A DNA stretch of 64,000 nucleotides from an uncultured candidate division Zixibacteria bacterium (GTDB lineage Bacteria > Zixibacteria > MSB-5A5 > GN15 > FEB-12). The notes beneath the pieces were generated by a model, which made no database searches, was not told the origin of the DNA, and was given only the letters and a program-made list of their open reading frames with translations. This document shows positions 1 to 11,440 of this stretch, piece after piece (the stretch's first letter is position 1; every line of letters begins with the position of its first letter). A program made the translations under genes and the position numbers. Location: the NCBI GenBank assembly GCA_963735035.1, contig CAVTJJ010000004.1, positions 192,001 to 256,000 of the forward strand. The letters run 5' to 3'.

Positions 1-110
1 TAGCTATTGGGGCAGCCTTTGAGAAATGGGAGAGTGTCCCGGTGAGCGGCTCTTTCGGTTATCAGCCTGATGCAGGAGCTTTGAGATTTCAGATCAGCCT
101 GGCCTTCTGA
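1..110 (+). CDS. 3' end of a CDS entering the window, possibly an outer-membrane protein
   Basis: Frame from position 3 reads AIGAAFEKWESVPVSGSFGYQPDAGALRFQISLAF* (TGA 108-110); alternating hydrophobic C-terminus ending in Phe. Confidence 0.45.
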   Translation, partial: AIGAAFEKWESVPVSGSFGYQPDAGALRFQISLAF

Positions 111-221
111 CAGATATCTTCCCGGCCGTTTAGTCCTTGTCCGACAGTGAAATATCGAAGCAGTGTCCAGCTTTCTCGCACCGCTTGCCCCTGAGAAAGA
201 TATCTCGTATCATCTCCTAAT

Positions 222-362
222 TGTAGGTCGGGACCCTTGTGCCTGCTCGCCGAGGCGAAGTCCCGCCGACGATGAATTCGAAACCGGCAGATGTGGACAT
301 CTGCCGTGCACAGTTTAGTTCGAAGCCGGCAGATGCGGGTCCGCCGCGGCGGACCGTGCACA
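222..362. repeat. Cluster of REP-like palindromes
   Basis: GTAGGTCGGGAC...GTCCCG and CGGCAGATGTGGACATCTGCCG palindromes that recur elsewhere in the window. Confidence 0.75.
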
Positions 363-410
363 GTTAATTAGGCCGGGGCCACACACTACGCGCCCCGACG
401 GAGGTTTGAT

Positions 411-2037
<1,627 letters not shown>

Positions 2038-2066
2038 GGTGAAATCGTCATCCCCGCCCCCAAGAA

Positions 2067-2200
2067 GTCATGCCCCGGCTTGACCGGGGCACCCAAGGGT
2101 TGTCAATCAATTGCCCGGCAGATACCCACATCTGCCGGGTTTCTGTTGTAGGTCGTAACCAGCCCGCTTCGGGCGACTGCTTGACGTGGCGGAGTTTCGA
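2067..2200. repeat. REP-like palindrome cluster downstream of pruA
   Basis: GTCATGCCCCGGCTTGACCGGGGCAC and TGCCCGGCAGATACCCACATCTGCCG. Confidence 0.75.
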
Positions 2201-2215
2201 CATCGCACGGCGTGA

Positions 2216-2244
2216 TTGACAAGCGCTGATTACTGAACTATCAT
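2216..2244 (+). promoter_or_regulatory. sigma70-type promoter
   Basis: TTGACA-N17-TATCAT upstream of ORF 2326. Confidence 0.7.
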
Positions 2245-2325
2245 TCCATCATGGCGAGAAATTGTGTGGGATCTATTAGACAAACGTACAAGCGTAGCCC
2301 GATAACTTAACGAGAAGGAGTTCGT

Positions 2326-2748
2326 ATGACTCTTGGGGCAAAGCCAGTCGCTGGGGACAAGATGCCTGAGTTGTCAACGGCAATCGAGGAGTACAAACTG
2401 TTAACGGAAGAATTCCGTTTCCTAATGACCAGGTGCATGCAAGCCGGGGCGCTGTGCTTGGCGATAAGTGGGTTTGCAGCCAAGTTGATCTCGGACACGA
2501 AGTCAGCTGAAACCGCACTTCTACTAGCTGTCCTCACGTTTGTCCTTAATTCTGGCATCTTCTACGTTGCTCATCACTTCCGGAGCATGATATATCACGT
2601 ATTGAACCGTCTGGTGTTCCTATCGGAGCAACTTGGCACACAGCAGCCTCACCCTGTGATGTGGGGTTACTACACTTGGGTGGTTGTATTTGGGCTGATT
2701 CAGATCGCACTTGCAGCTCTTCTCGTCCTGTGTATGCAGAGGATGTAG
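2326..2748 (+). CDS. Hypothetical membrane protein (about 3 TM helices)
   Basis: AAGGAG RBS, 140 aa, hydrophobic segments; more AT-rich than flanks. Confidence 0.7.
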   Translation: MTLGAKPVAGDKMPELSTAIEEYKLLTEEFRFLMTRCMQAGALCLAISGFAAKLISDTKSAETALLLAVLTFVLNSGIFYVAHHFRSMIYHVLNRLVFLSEQLGTQQPHPVMWGYYTWVVVFGLIQIALAALLVLCMQRM

Positions 2749-2769
2749 AGTAGGATTATCCGCCATTGC

Positions 2770-3005
2770 CTGGTGGCCCACCCTATGGGTGGGTCTTCTG
2801 ACAATTCTCGCCCAGAGGATGCGGCCAAGGGGCAGACGAGGACCCCCGATCAAGTCGGGGGCAGGCTTTGCCGCCCACTTCATGTCGGGTTGCTCGTGTC
2901 TCGCGTCGCTCGACCCTCGTGAACCCGACCTACGAAGAACCGCGTCAGGTCACACGCCCCGCAACGGGGCGCAGGACCTGACGCAACCTTATCAGGTGGG
3001 CCAGC
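2770..3005. repeat. REP-like palindrome cluster
   Basis: GGTGGCCCACCCTATGGGTGGG, GACCCCCGATCAAGTCGGGGGC, TGTCGGGTTGCTCGT...GAACCCGACCTAC, GCGTCAGGTCACAC...CCTGACGC; each has other copies in the window. Confidence 0.8.
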
Positions 3006-3043
3006 CGGACAACGCACTTTCGCCCGGTGGCAGTCCAAGCACC

Positions 3044-3979
3044 TTACATGTTCTTCCTGAAGAACTCCGCGGTGCGCTCGAAGAACTCATCCCAGTACAT
3101 TCCCTCGGGGCCGTCCGGCCCACCGTGAGCGGTGCCGGGCGCGATCCAGAGTTCCTTGGGCCCTTTAAGCTCGGCCATGACTTTCTCGGACATCCACGGC
3201 GGCGTGCGATCGTCCTTCTCACCAACGATCAGAAAGACCGGAATCTTCATGTTCCGCGCGGCGTTCACCGGATTGAGTTCATTCGGATAGTCGGCCGGAG
3301 CGCGAAGATCCCGGTCGGGCTTGAGGGCCCGGACAATCGGCAGCACGTCGTCGAACGAAGTCATCAGCGCCCGCCCGACAAAGGCGGCAACGTCGTCTCG
3401 GGAAGCGGCGACCGAAAACGCCACATAGGCCCCGGTGGAGCATCCGAAAAGGCCGATTCGTCCGGTATCAACTTCCGGCTGCTGCTTGACGAAATCGATC
3501 GCGGCGTGGCAGTCGGTAAGGAATTCGGTGTAGCACAGGTTGTCCCTCTCGATCGGCCAGTCCTCGGACTGCCCGAACCCGCGCCAGTCGAAGAGAAGCA
3601 CGTTGAACCCGCGAGTACAGAAGTTGTAGGCATAGGGGATGAATTGCGTCATGTTACCGCCGTCCGCCTCGCAGATGACGATGGTCGGGCGCGCCAGACT
3701 ATCAAGGGTGGCGTACGGCCTTCCTGAACGCTTCAGGTGCGGCTCAACCGGAACGTGGCCCACAAGCTGGTTGAAGATGCCGGCCGTATCCTGGGCCGGA
3801 AAGAACCAGCCGTGGATCGTGAGGCTGTCTTTGGTTTCGAACGAAACCTCGCGATAGATGATGTCGTACTCCGACGGAACGGCGGCGTACTCCTTCAGCG
3901 GCTTGAGGGCGAAGGCGGTGCTGACAAAACCAACGATGAGCACCGGCGTCAACAGGGCAGTAATTCTGGAAAAGATCAT
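3044..3979 (-). CDS. Secreted alpha/beta-fold hydrolase
   Basis: Signal peptide; FDWRGFGQS, GCSTG nucleophile elbow, GEKDDRTP, C-terminal AHG. Confidence 0.85.
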   Translation of the reverse strand: MIFSRITALLTPVLIVGFVSTAFALKPLKEYAAVPSEYDIIYREVSFETKDSLTIHGWFFPAQDTAGIFNQLVGHVPVEPHLKRSGRPYATLDSLARPTIVICEADGGNMTQFIPYAYNFCTRGFNVLLFDWRGFGQSEDWPIERDNLCYTEFLTDCHAAIDFVKQQPEVDTGRIGLFGCSTGAYVAFSVAASRDDVAAFVGRALMTSFDDVLPIVRALKPDRDLRAPADYPNELNPVNAARNMKIPVFLIVGEKDDRTPPWMSEKVMAELKGPKELWIAPGTAHGGPDGPEGMYWDEFFERTAEFFRKNM

Positions 3980-4114
3980 TTGGCGGAATCCTGTCTAGGC
4001 ATTTCAATTGAACTTGATATGATCGAGGCCGCGCAGTGGTTCCCGGGAGTTCCGGGTCGAAGTCAGCCCGCCATTCTGCGTGGCGGTTTTGACAGATTGC
4101 GAACACAGACCGAT

Positions 4115-4558
4115 TTATGCCCCCCCACCTTCCTTCTTCTCCATTGCTGCTTTCTTGCGGGCGGCACGACGTTCGGCATCGTCAGTCCGCACTTGGTCGG
4201 CGAACTGTGCGACATCCACCGATTCCAATTCAGCCGCGATCTCTTTCCACTTGCTTGGCCAATCATCAGAACGGGTGTAGGCTCGACCGGCAGGATCACG
4301 GTGAAGACAACGGCTGTCGACCAGGTACCGTCTCAATTCGACCGCATCCGTCTGCAGATTGCTGCCGACTGTCGATAGACATCGGCCCAGCAGCTCGGTA
4401 ATTTCCTTCTCGGTATACGTGGCATGCTTGGGAATGGTTAATGCCGCCGCGACGACAATAATCCCCATATCCGAGTCGCTCAGGTTGCTTATGACGATTT
4501 CATTCCTGAGGAGGAGATGTTTGAATCGGTCCAGTGTGGGGGGCAAAATGTTTGCCAT
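4115..4558 (-). CDS. DUF2087-like hypothetical protein
   Basis: YTEKEI...DAVELRRYLVD..CLHRDPAGRAY pattern. Confidence 0.7.
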   Translation of the reverse strand: MANILPPTLDRFKHLLLRNEIVISNLSDSDMGIIVVAAALTIPKHATYTEKEITELLGRCLSTVGSNLQTDAVELRRYLVDSRCLHRDPAGRAYTRSDDWPSKWKEIAAELESVDVAQFADQVRTDDAERRAARKKAAMEKKEGGGA

Positions 4559-4582
4559 GCGACAAACTTACAATTGTTGTGT

Positions 4583-4732
4583 TCCCCGGTCAAGCCAGAG
4601 GATGACAGAGAGAGGTGCCGGAGGATGACAGAGTGGGGCGCGTGGTATTACGACTTGATGTTCCAAATTGGAACTTCAAGTTGGGCGTCAGGTCACACGC
4701 CCCGCAACGGGGCGCAGGACCCGACGCAACCA
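4583..4732. repeat. REP-like repeats
   Basis: GCGTCAGGTCACACGCCCGCAACGGGGCGCAGGACCCGACGC, near-identical to the copy at ~2942. Confidence 0.75.
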
Positions 4733-4757
4733 CCTATGGCAGTCCAGATCGGTAAGC

Positions 4758-5372
4758 CTAGAATATAAACGCCGTCAGACCGAGACCGACCCGGATAGTT
4801 GTCCCAGACTGCGAATTGAATCCTTCGGACTTCCAGGAGTCCCCCTGGACCTTGACGGAGAAATCGGTTCCGACCGCGCTCGAGATCATATAGAGCAAGC
4901 CGACCCTGCCGCCGTACTGCGTGATGCTTGGCCCCTCGCCGTGCTCGTAGTGGATTGTCCCGAAGTTCAGAAAACCGCGACCGTAGGCGTAGAAGGCACC
5001 CTTGTTATCAGTCTCAGTCGGATTGATCTTGAAATAATACCCCAGGGATGGCCCCACCGCGAAGCTGTTCACTTTGTTGTGTCCGGCCGATACGGATTGA
5101 TACCCCGCTTGTATGCCGAAACAGAACCCGTCGGACACGAAATAGCTGAATAGCGGGGTGACCTCCATTTGAAGCAGTCCGTGCGCAACCGAACCTATCC
5201 CTACTTCGGACGGGGAGTCTCCCTCAGAGTTCGTCCACAAGTCTCCCGAGTAGCTCTGGAAATAGAAACTGCCGTCAAGCATCATACTCCCCTTGCTGAT
5301 GGGAGTTTCGGCCGCAGCGGCCGCCCCGGTCAGCGCCGCTATCACCACAAAAACCAAGCAGGTGGTACGCAT
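4758..5372 (-). CDS. Outer-membrane beta-barrel protein
   Basis: Signal peptide, amphipathic beta-strands, C-terminal LGLTAFIF. Confidence 0.8.
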   Translation of the reverse strand: MRTTCLVFVVIAALTGAAAAAETPISKGSMMLDGSFYFQSYSGDLWTNSEGDSPSEVGIGSVAHGLLQMEVTPLFSYFVSDGFCFGIQAGYQSVSAGHNKVNSFAVGPSLGYYFKINPTETDNKGAFYAYGRGFLNFGTIHYEHGEGPSITQYGGRVGLLYMISSAVGTDFSVKVQGDSWKSEGFNSQSGTTIRVGLGLTAFIF

Positions 5373-5616
5373 GATATGGTCCTTTCTTCCGTCCTTGTGC
5401 GATTATTGATTGTGCCGCGTTTGTCTGCCTGAAGCTAGAACACCGACGGTCTCAGAGCAATGAATATTCTGTGAGGACTGTGGACCACCTCTTTCGTGGG
5501 TTTCTAAAGAAACCCTTGGGTCCCCCGGTCAAGCAGGAGGAAGACGTCCTTTCGGCCGTCCTTTCCCCCCCGTCTCTTTTGTTGATTTCGCCGCCTGACA
5601 TCTCCATCATCCCGCG

Positions 5617-6945
5617 ATGACGTACTCGGCGGGAAAGTTCATCCTTATCGCCCTGTTTACCGTTCTGTTGGTGGTCCTGGTCAACCTGGTCTGGTGGGTC
5701 AACTACCAGCGGACCGAACAGATGCTCTCCGAGCAGCTCGGGCGGCGTCTCGGCGCGGCGGCCTCGTCGGCGGCCGTCTGTTTTTCGCCTGAACAAGTCG
5801 ATTCACTCCGGTTGGGAAGCGCCGATGTCTACCTGCGCGCATCGGGTATCCTGGAACGCATCCGCCAGTCGGATTCGCTCTCCGAAGTCTTCATCCTCGA
5901 CGAGAACTATCTCTACCTGGCGACCACCCTCATCGAGGCGGACTCGGCCTATTTTCTCGCCGATATCCACGGTCCCGAAATTGATTCCGTTCTCTACCAG
6001 CTCACTCCGGGGGTCTGTCTGACTCCAACGTATAATTCAGGCTCCGTCTATCTGAAGACCGCGTTCGCGCCACTTATGGGCAGCGACGGCCTCGCCGCCG
6101 CCGTACTCGGGGTGGAAGCCAATGTTGACTATTTCGATTCCCTCGCCTCGTTGCGTCGCAATTTGTACTATGCGACCGGGATTTCGCTTCTGGCGGGGCT
6201 ACTCTTAGGTGGCCTATTTCTCTGGGGACAGCGGCGGATCAACACTGCCGAGGAGAGATTGTTTCTTGGCGAGACCCACGCCCATCTGGGCAAGATGGTG
6301 GCGGTCGTGGCGCACGAACTCCGCAACCCGCTCATGATTATCCGTGGTTCCGCCGAACGGTTGGTCAAGAAGACCGACGGGCCCGAGGCCGGCTACGTAG
6401 TCGAGGAAGTCGATCGCCTCAACCAGATCGTTACCGGCTATCTGGATTTCGCCCGCGCAGGGGGGTCGCTTCTTAGCACCGAGAGTCTCGCAGAGACAAG
6501 GCTCGCCGAGCTCGCAGCCGGTATCAGAAAACATCTCGCCGAGAAGTACTCAGGGCAGGAGATCGAATGGACTGGGGCCGAAATCGCCCCAGATTTGGCT
6601 ATGACCGGCTACCCTCGCTCCCTCCGCCAGGTGTTGCTCAATCTGTTGTTCAACGGAGTGGAGTCTTGTCTCGCGGCCGGAAGACCGGCGTCGGTGGGGC
6701 TCGATATCAATTTGCAGGGCGAAAAGGTTGAGTTCGTGGTGAAAGACCTCGGAGCGGGGATGTCGCGCAAGGAGCAACGGCGCGCCTTTACCCCCTTTCA
6801 TACCACCAAGCAGACCGGGTCAGGGCTCGGGCTCTATCTCAGCCGTACGTTGGTAAATGAAATGGGGGGCGAGATTACTTTGAATTCAACGCCGGGCCGG
6901 GGGACGGTCATCACTATGATTCTGCCTCTGAGGCCGAAGGGATAA
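5617..6945 (+). CDS. Membrane sensor histidine kinase
   Basis: Two TM segments, AHELRNPL H-box, NLLFNG, DLGAGM, GSGLGL. Confidence 0.93.
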   Translation: MTYSAGKFILIALFTVLLVVLVNLVWWVNYQRTEQMLSEQLGRRLGAAASSAAVCFSPEQVDSLRLGSADVYLRASGILERIRQSDSLSEVFILDENYLYLATTLIEADSAYFLADIHGPEIDSVLYQLTPGVCLTPTYNSGSVYLKTAFAPLMGSDGLAAAVLGVEANVDYFDSLASLRRNLYYATGISLLAGLLLGGLFLWGQRRINTAEERLFLGETHAHLGKMVAVVAHELRNPLMIIRGSAERLVKKTDGPEAGYVVEEVDRLNQIVTGYLDFARAGGSLLSTESLAETRLAELAAGIRKHLAEKYSGQEIEWTGAEIAPDLAMTGYPRSLRQVLLNLLFNGVESCLAAGRPASVGLDINLQGEKVEFVVKDLGAGMSRKEQRRAFTPFHTTKQTGSGLGLYLSRTLVNEMGGEITLNSTPGRGTVITMILPLRPKG

Positions 6946-6949
6946 GAGC

Positions 6950-8282
6950 ATGGCGACTATATTGGTTGTAGACGACGAACCGAAAATGACCTCGCTGATC
7001 TGCGGCGCGCTCGAAGATGAAAAGCATCGGGTGACTACGACGGTCGACCCGCGCGAGGCGCTATCTCTGATTGAGCAACATTCTTTCGATCTGGTTATCA
7101 CCGATCTGGCCATGCCGCAGGTTTCCGGTATGGACGTTCTGGACAAGGCGCTGGCCCAGGGTGGTTGCGATGTCATCATGATGACCGCCTACGGGACGGC
7201 GGAGACGGCGGTGGCAGCGATGAAAAAAGGGGCGGCCGACTATCTCATCAAGCCGTTCTCGCTCGACGAGCTGGTGCTGCTGGTGAACCGCCTGACCGAG
7301 AAACGTCGCACCGAGTCGCTGGCCGATCATTTTCAGCAGGAGGCACGAGCGGGTCAGTCGAGCCGATTCGTAGGATCGTCTCCGGCGGCTGTACGCGTAC
7401 AGCGTTTGATCGAACAGGTGGCGCCAACCGAGGCGACCGTGCTTGTAACCGGCCGATCCGGCACCGGCAAAGAACTGGCGGCCCGGATGATTCACGACCT
7501 CTCCCCCCGCTCGGCCCGGCCGTTTATCGCCGTAAACGCCGCCGCCCTGCCGGAAACCTTGCTCGAGTCCGAATTGTTCGGTCACGAAAAGGGAGCTTTC
7601 ACCGGGGCGATCAACCGTAAACTGGGACGGTTCGAGCTGGCCGACAAGGGGACGATCTTCCTCGACGAAATCGGCGAGGTCTCCCCCGCGGTTCAGTCCA
7701 AACTGCTGCGCGTGCTCGAAGAGCGGCAGCTTGTCCGCGTGGGCGGGGTGGATACGATCGATATCGATGTACGAGTCGTAGTGGCTACCAACAAGAACCT
7801 GAAAGACGAAATTCGGGCCGGGCGGTTTCGTGAGGATCTCTTCTTCCGCCTGAATGTATTTCCGATCGAACTTCCCCCCCTGGCTCAACGCGGTAAAGAC
7901 GTTGGCGAACTGGCCGAGTTCTTTCTTAAGTCCCAGGGATTCAAGCACCCGGTCTTGGACGAGTCGATCCGGGAGCTGTTTCTGGAATATGACTGGCCGG
8001 GGAATATCCGGGAGTTGAGGAACGTGCTCGAACGGGCGGTGATCCTGTCAGGTGGCGGGCCGCTTACGCTGGACTGTTTCGATCTCGAAACCGACGACGA
8101 GCCGATCGGCGGCTTGACCGCGGGTGGGTTGCCCAATTCCGGGCTGGACAACACAGAAAAAGGGAATGATCCTGGCCGCCCTGGAGAAAGCCGGCGGGAA
8201 CAAGACCGACGCCGCCCGGATGCTCAAGATCACCCGAAGACGGTTGTACAGCCGGATGAAAGTGCATGGGCTGCATCCTTGA
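6950..8282 (+). CDS. sigma54-dependent response regulator (NtrC family), frameshift near 8160
   Basis: REC domain, GRSGTGKE, ESELFGHEKGAFTGA, WPGNIRELRN; the Fis-type HTH (MILAALEKAGGNKTDAARMLKITRRRLYSRM) continues in another frame after an A-run and stops at 8282. Confidence 0.92.
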
Positions 8283-8482
8283 ATCGGTTCTGGGACGCGG
8301 GAGCATCTAACGTGCTCCCAATTCGCGGGAGCACGCGAGGATAGATAGAAGAGGTTAGTATTTGTCCGAGTATGGGCCGGATGGGTCGTCGGATGTACCG
8401 GGCCGTACGCCCGAACCCGGCTCAGAGACGGTAGAAACAGGTTAATTGCTTGCATGATACAAAGTTGCCATATTGCCCCGGG

Positions 8483-8499
8483 CCGGCATCGGTTTTGAT
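8483..8499 (+). promoter_or_regulatory. Possible sigma54 -24/-12 promoter
   Basis: CCGGCATCGGTTTTGAT: GG-N10-GA, one mismatch from GG-N10-GC; between the NtrC gene and the next RBS. Confidence 0.45.
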
Positions 8500-8526
8500 C
8501 TTCACCCTGCCGGAAAGAGGTGCTCC

Positions 8527-9579
8527 GTGAAGACGAAGTTGACAATATATCTGATTGCACTAGTTCTCGTACTGGGCTGTGTCGGAGCCGTCCGAGGCCA
8601 GGGAAATCGGGAACAACAGCGTGAGCTCTGTCGATTGGAGATGCAGCGGACCGATGATCTGATCGCTGAGGCACGGATGGCGGTCAAGAATTCCGAAAGT
8701 GCCCTGGCCGCGAAAGCTCTCGAACGGGCGGATCAACTCCAGGCCGGTGCCCGGAAAGCCTTCGCCAGCGATGCCCTCATTCTAACCGTATCGCTAACCC
8801 GCAAAGCCCGGGAGCAGGCCAGCGCTGCGATTTCGACCAGTCGGATGGCCGAGCAGCTTGAAGGCGTTCTCAACGGACGGCTCGAACGGGCCCAGGAGAA
8901 TCTCGATCAGGTACACGACGAACTGGGGACCCCGCTGAATCCGACCGCGTCCGCGTTGTACGACCAGGCCAGAAACTTCCTCGCGCAGGCCTGGGAATTT
9001 TTCCGTGGCCGCCGCTTCCTTGCGGCCGGTAAGATGGTTGAGCAGGTCGAACAGGCGACACGCCGCCTTCGGACACTGGCTCGGAACGGGCAAGGGGGCA
9101 ATGCCGAGGCTTTTGAACTCCGGCTGGACAATGTTCAGCGCCTGGTCGAGTACGCACAAGAGATTTTGGCTGATTGCGGCTCCAAAACCGGTCGCGAACA
9201 GCTCGGTCGGGCCGAGCAGTCACTTCAGCGCGCCAGGGACTTGCGGGCTCAGAATCAAAACTGGCCGGCACTTTCGGCCCTTGGAAACGCCCGCCAGGCC
9301 GCTCGAAAGGCGGTGCGAGAGTGTCGCGACGGCAGCTTCCTCGAGCAGCGCTATCAGCGGTTGGTCAAGGAACTGGATCAGGCCAAAACCCGCCTGGCTG
9401 ACGCCGATCGGGAGCACGGGAGCACGACTGCGTCCGAGCTGCTGCAGAAGGCCTCGGAACAGCTAGATCTGGCCGGTCGCTATCTCGCTGCCAATGAAAC
9501 GGAATCGGCTCTTTTGTCGCTCCAGGCGGCGCAAATCGCTCTGCGTCAGGCAGAACGATACCTGAACGGCGAACGATAA
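8527..9579 (+). CDS. Secreted all-helical repeat protein, function unknown
   Basis: GTG start after GAAAGAGG, signal peptide, repeated Ala/Arg/Gln-rich amphipathic helices. Confidence 0.75.
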   Translation: MKTKLTIYLIALVLVLGCVGAVRGQGNREQQRELCRLEMQRTDDLIAEARMAVKNSESALAAKALERADQLQAGARKAFASDALILTVSLTRKAREQASAAISTSRMAEQLEGVLNGRLERAQENLDQVHDELGTPLNPTASALYDQARNFLAQAWEFFRGRRFLAAGKMVEQVEQATRRLRTLARNGQGGNAEAFELRLDNVQRLVEYAQEILADCGSKTGREQLGRAEQSLQRARDLRAQNQNWPALSALGNARQAARKAVRECRDGSFLEQRYQRLVKELDQAKTRLADADREHGSTTASELLQKASEQLDLAGRYLAANETESALLSLQAAQIALRQAERYLNGER

Positions 9580-9599
9580 ATATAATCCGAGGTAGACTG

Positions 9600-10883
9600 T
9601 TGCTGGGTAAACTCCTGGGGCTGATCTTCTTTTTTTGCGCCAGTCTTTGCTCTGGGAGCATGCTGGGCGTGGAGGGACTCTCTCTTAAAGTCGGGATGGG
9701 GTACGAATTTCTCTCCCAGGATTTCTATCTTGATAGTCTCGAACAGGCCGGGGCCGATTCTCTCGACGTAACCACCTCTCTAAAAACCACTTACATGGAT
9801 GACCTGAAAGGTCAGATCCGCTTTGGATATGCCCCGTCGGCCAAGCCAGCCCTGCATTTTGACGGTATCTTCGAACAGACGTCGGACCAAAGTCGGCTTC
9901 GCGGCTATATAAACCATGGCTTTGCGGCCGGGCCGTTCCGGTTGGACTGGAACGCCGAGGCCGACTGGCGGAACGGTAAAGTCGATCCGGAACTTGGGGA
10001 TCCCGGTTACATTTCGGGAAATGGTCGCCTGAAAGTGGCGCTGCCGGTCTCTTCGAAGACAACAATTTGGTTAAGAGGCCGCGGTGACCTGGTACGCTTT
10101 GATTCTGCCGGATCGGGAGCATTTGATTACACAAGAGGGGGCGGCGAGCTCGGCTTCACCCGAAATTTCGGTGACTTTTCGATGGTTTCTTTCTCCGGAT
10201 TTGTGATAGAACGGTTCGTTCCGGACAATGTCGGCGAAGAGTACCAGAGTCTGGGTCTTGATCTATCGTTCCTGGGCACTCTGGCCAATGGCGATGTTGA
10301 CTTGTCAACACATTATGAATCAAGAGATTACGACGACGCTGGCAGTCAGAACGACTATCGACGATTTGATCTTCTCCTGCGCGACAACCGGCCGTTTGGA
10401 TCGACTTTCTTCACCCGCGGGGAATTCGAACTCGAGCTGCTCTGGTTTGATACAACATCATATCTGACAACCAATTACCGACGGGGTGAGGCGTCCCTCC
10501 TGGCCGGCCTGAACCGTTCCTGGGGATCCATCGCAGCCGGTCCTCATATAGCGATCCTCTCCGAGACCAAGGCCGACGCATATATAGTAGGAGAGGATTA
10601 CGTAGAATACGGCATTAAGACCCAGCTTGACGTGATCCAACCGGGGAGGGCATTGGCGTCGCTGGAGTCGATTACCGGTCGGAGGAACCTTCGGGACGAG
10701 GGCTCCTCGGAACTGACCCAAACTGACTTCACGTTTGAGCGATTGAATCTGCTGCTCGATTGGTCGCTGGCCGGGCGGATCAGTGTAAATGCGCTGGTCT
10801 CGACGGAATGGGAATGGCACAAGAATTCGGGGGAAAATAACCGCCTGGTTCTGTTCAACACGGGGCTGACTTACTCGTTGTAG
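9600..10883 (+). CDS. Probable outer-membrane beta-barrel protein
   Basis: GAGG RBS, signal peptide, beta-strand periodicity, C-terminal FNTGLTYSL. Confidence 0.75.
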   Translation: MLGKLLGLIFFFCASLCSGSMLGVEGLSLKVGMGYEFLSQDFYLDSLEQAGADSLDVTTSLKTTYMDDLKGQIRFGYAPSAKPALHFDGIFEQTSDQSRLRGYINHGFAAGPFRLDWNAEADWRNGKVDPELGDPGYISGNGRLKVALPVSSKTTIWLRGRGDLVRFDSAGSGAFDYTRGGGELGFTRNFGDFSMVSFSGFVIERFVPDNVGEEYQSLGLDLSFLGTLANGDVDLSTHYESRDYDDAGSQNDYRRFDLLLRDNRPFGSTFFTRGEFELELLWFDTTSYLTTNYRRGEASLLAGLNRSWGSIAAGPHIAILSETKADAYIVGEDYVEYGIKTQLDVIQPGRALASLESITGRRNLRDEGSSELTQTDFTFERLNLLLDWSLAGRISVNALVSTEWEWHKNSGENNRLVLFNTGLTYSL

Positions 10884-11014
10884 CTACCCGCTGACGCCCC
10901 GTGGCAGGCACTGCAGGGCAAGTTCAGTTGAGATCTCGAGGATGCGATTGTGACGGGATTTATTACTACGCATCATCGTAATTGTCTTTTCGGAAGAACT
11001 TTCCAAGAAAGTTC

Positions 11015-11043
11015 TTGACAGAAATGGGGAATATGCTTATCAT
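11015..11043 (+). promoter_or_regulatory. Strong sigma70-type promoter
   Basis: TTGACA-N17-TATCAT. Confidence 0.75.
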
Positions 11044-11440
11044 GCAGCCGTCTAGGGAAATAGTTGTGTGATGAGCGCTTCTGTTTTGAGTCCCCAGCAC
11101 CTTCGGTAACATTAAGTTCAACTTAAGGTTGCCAGAACTCAAGCCCGTAAGCAGATTGTTTCAAAAGATTATGAAGCTGTCAAGGGGTACTTGTACTCAT
11201 TGCAGTTTTGTAAGTTTAGATACGTCTTTCTCTGTACCAATTCCTAAGCGGGGTGAAGCAAGGTCGGGGTTCGGATTTTTGGATCCTGGCGAGTCTTGGT
11301 GAATCCTGTGGAATCGGTCACTGCCGAGTTCCTGCTCGAATGAGGTATTCGGTTATCAAATAGGCGATAGTGCACTAAGCATCATGTGCGAAGAGATCGC
11401 CGAAAACTTTAAGTTTAGTTGAGTACTAAAGGAGCATTAA

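Noticed and set aside
2711..3727. Long antisense ORFs (e.g. 2711-3727, 7061-7948, 21877-22692, 47664-48365, 56752-57591)
   Set aside because: These are shadow ORFs opposite well-supported genes, expected at high GC, and show no recognisable motifs.
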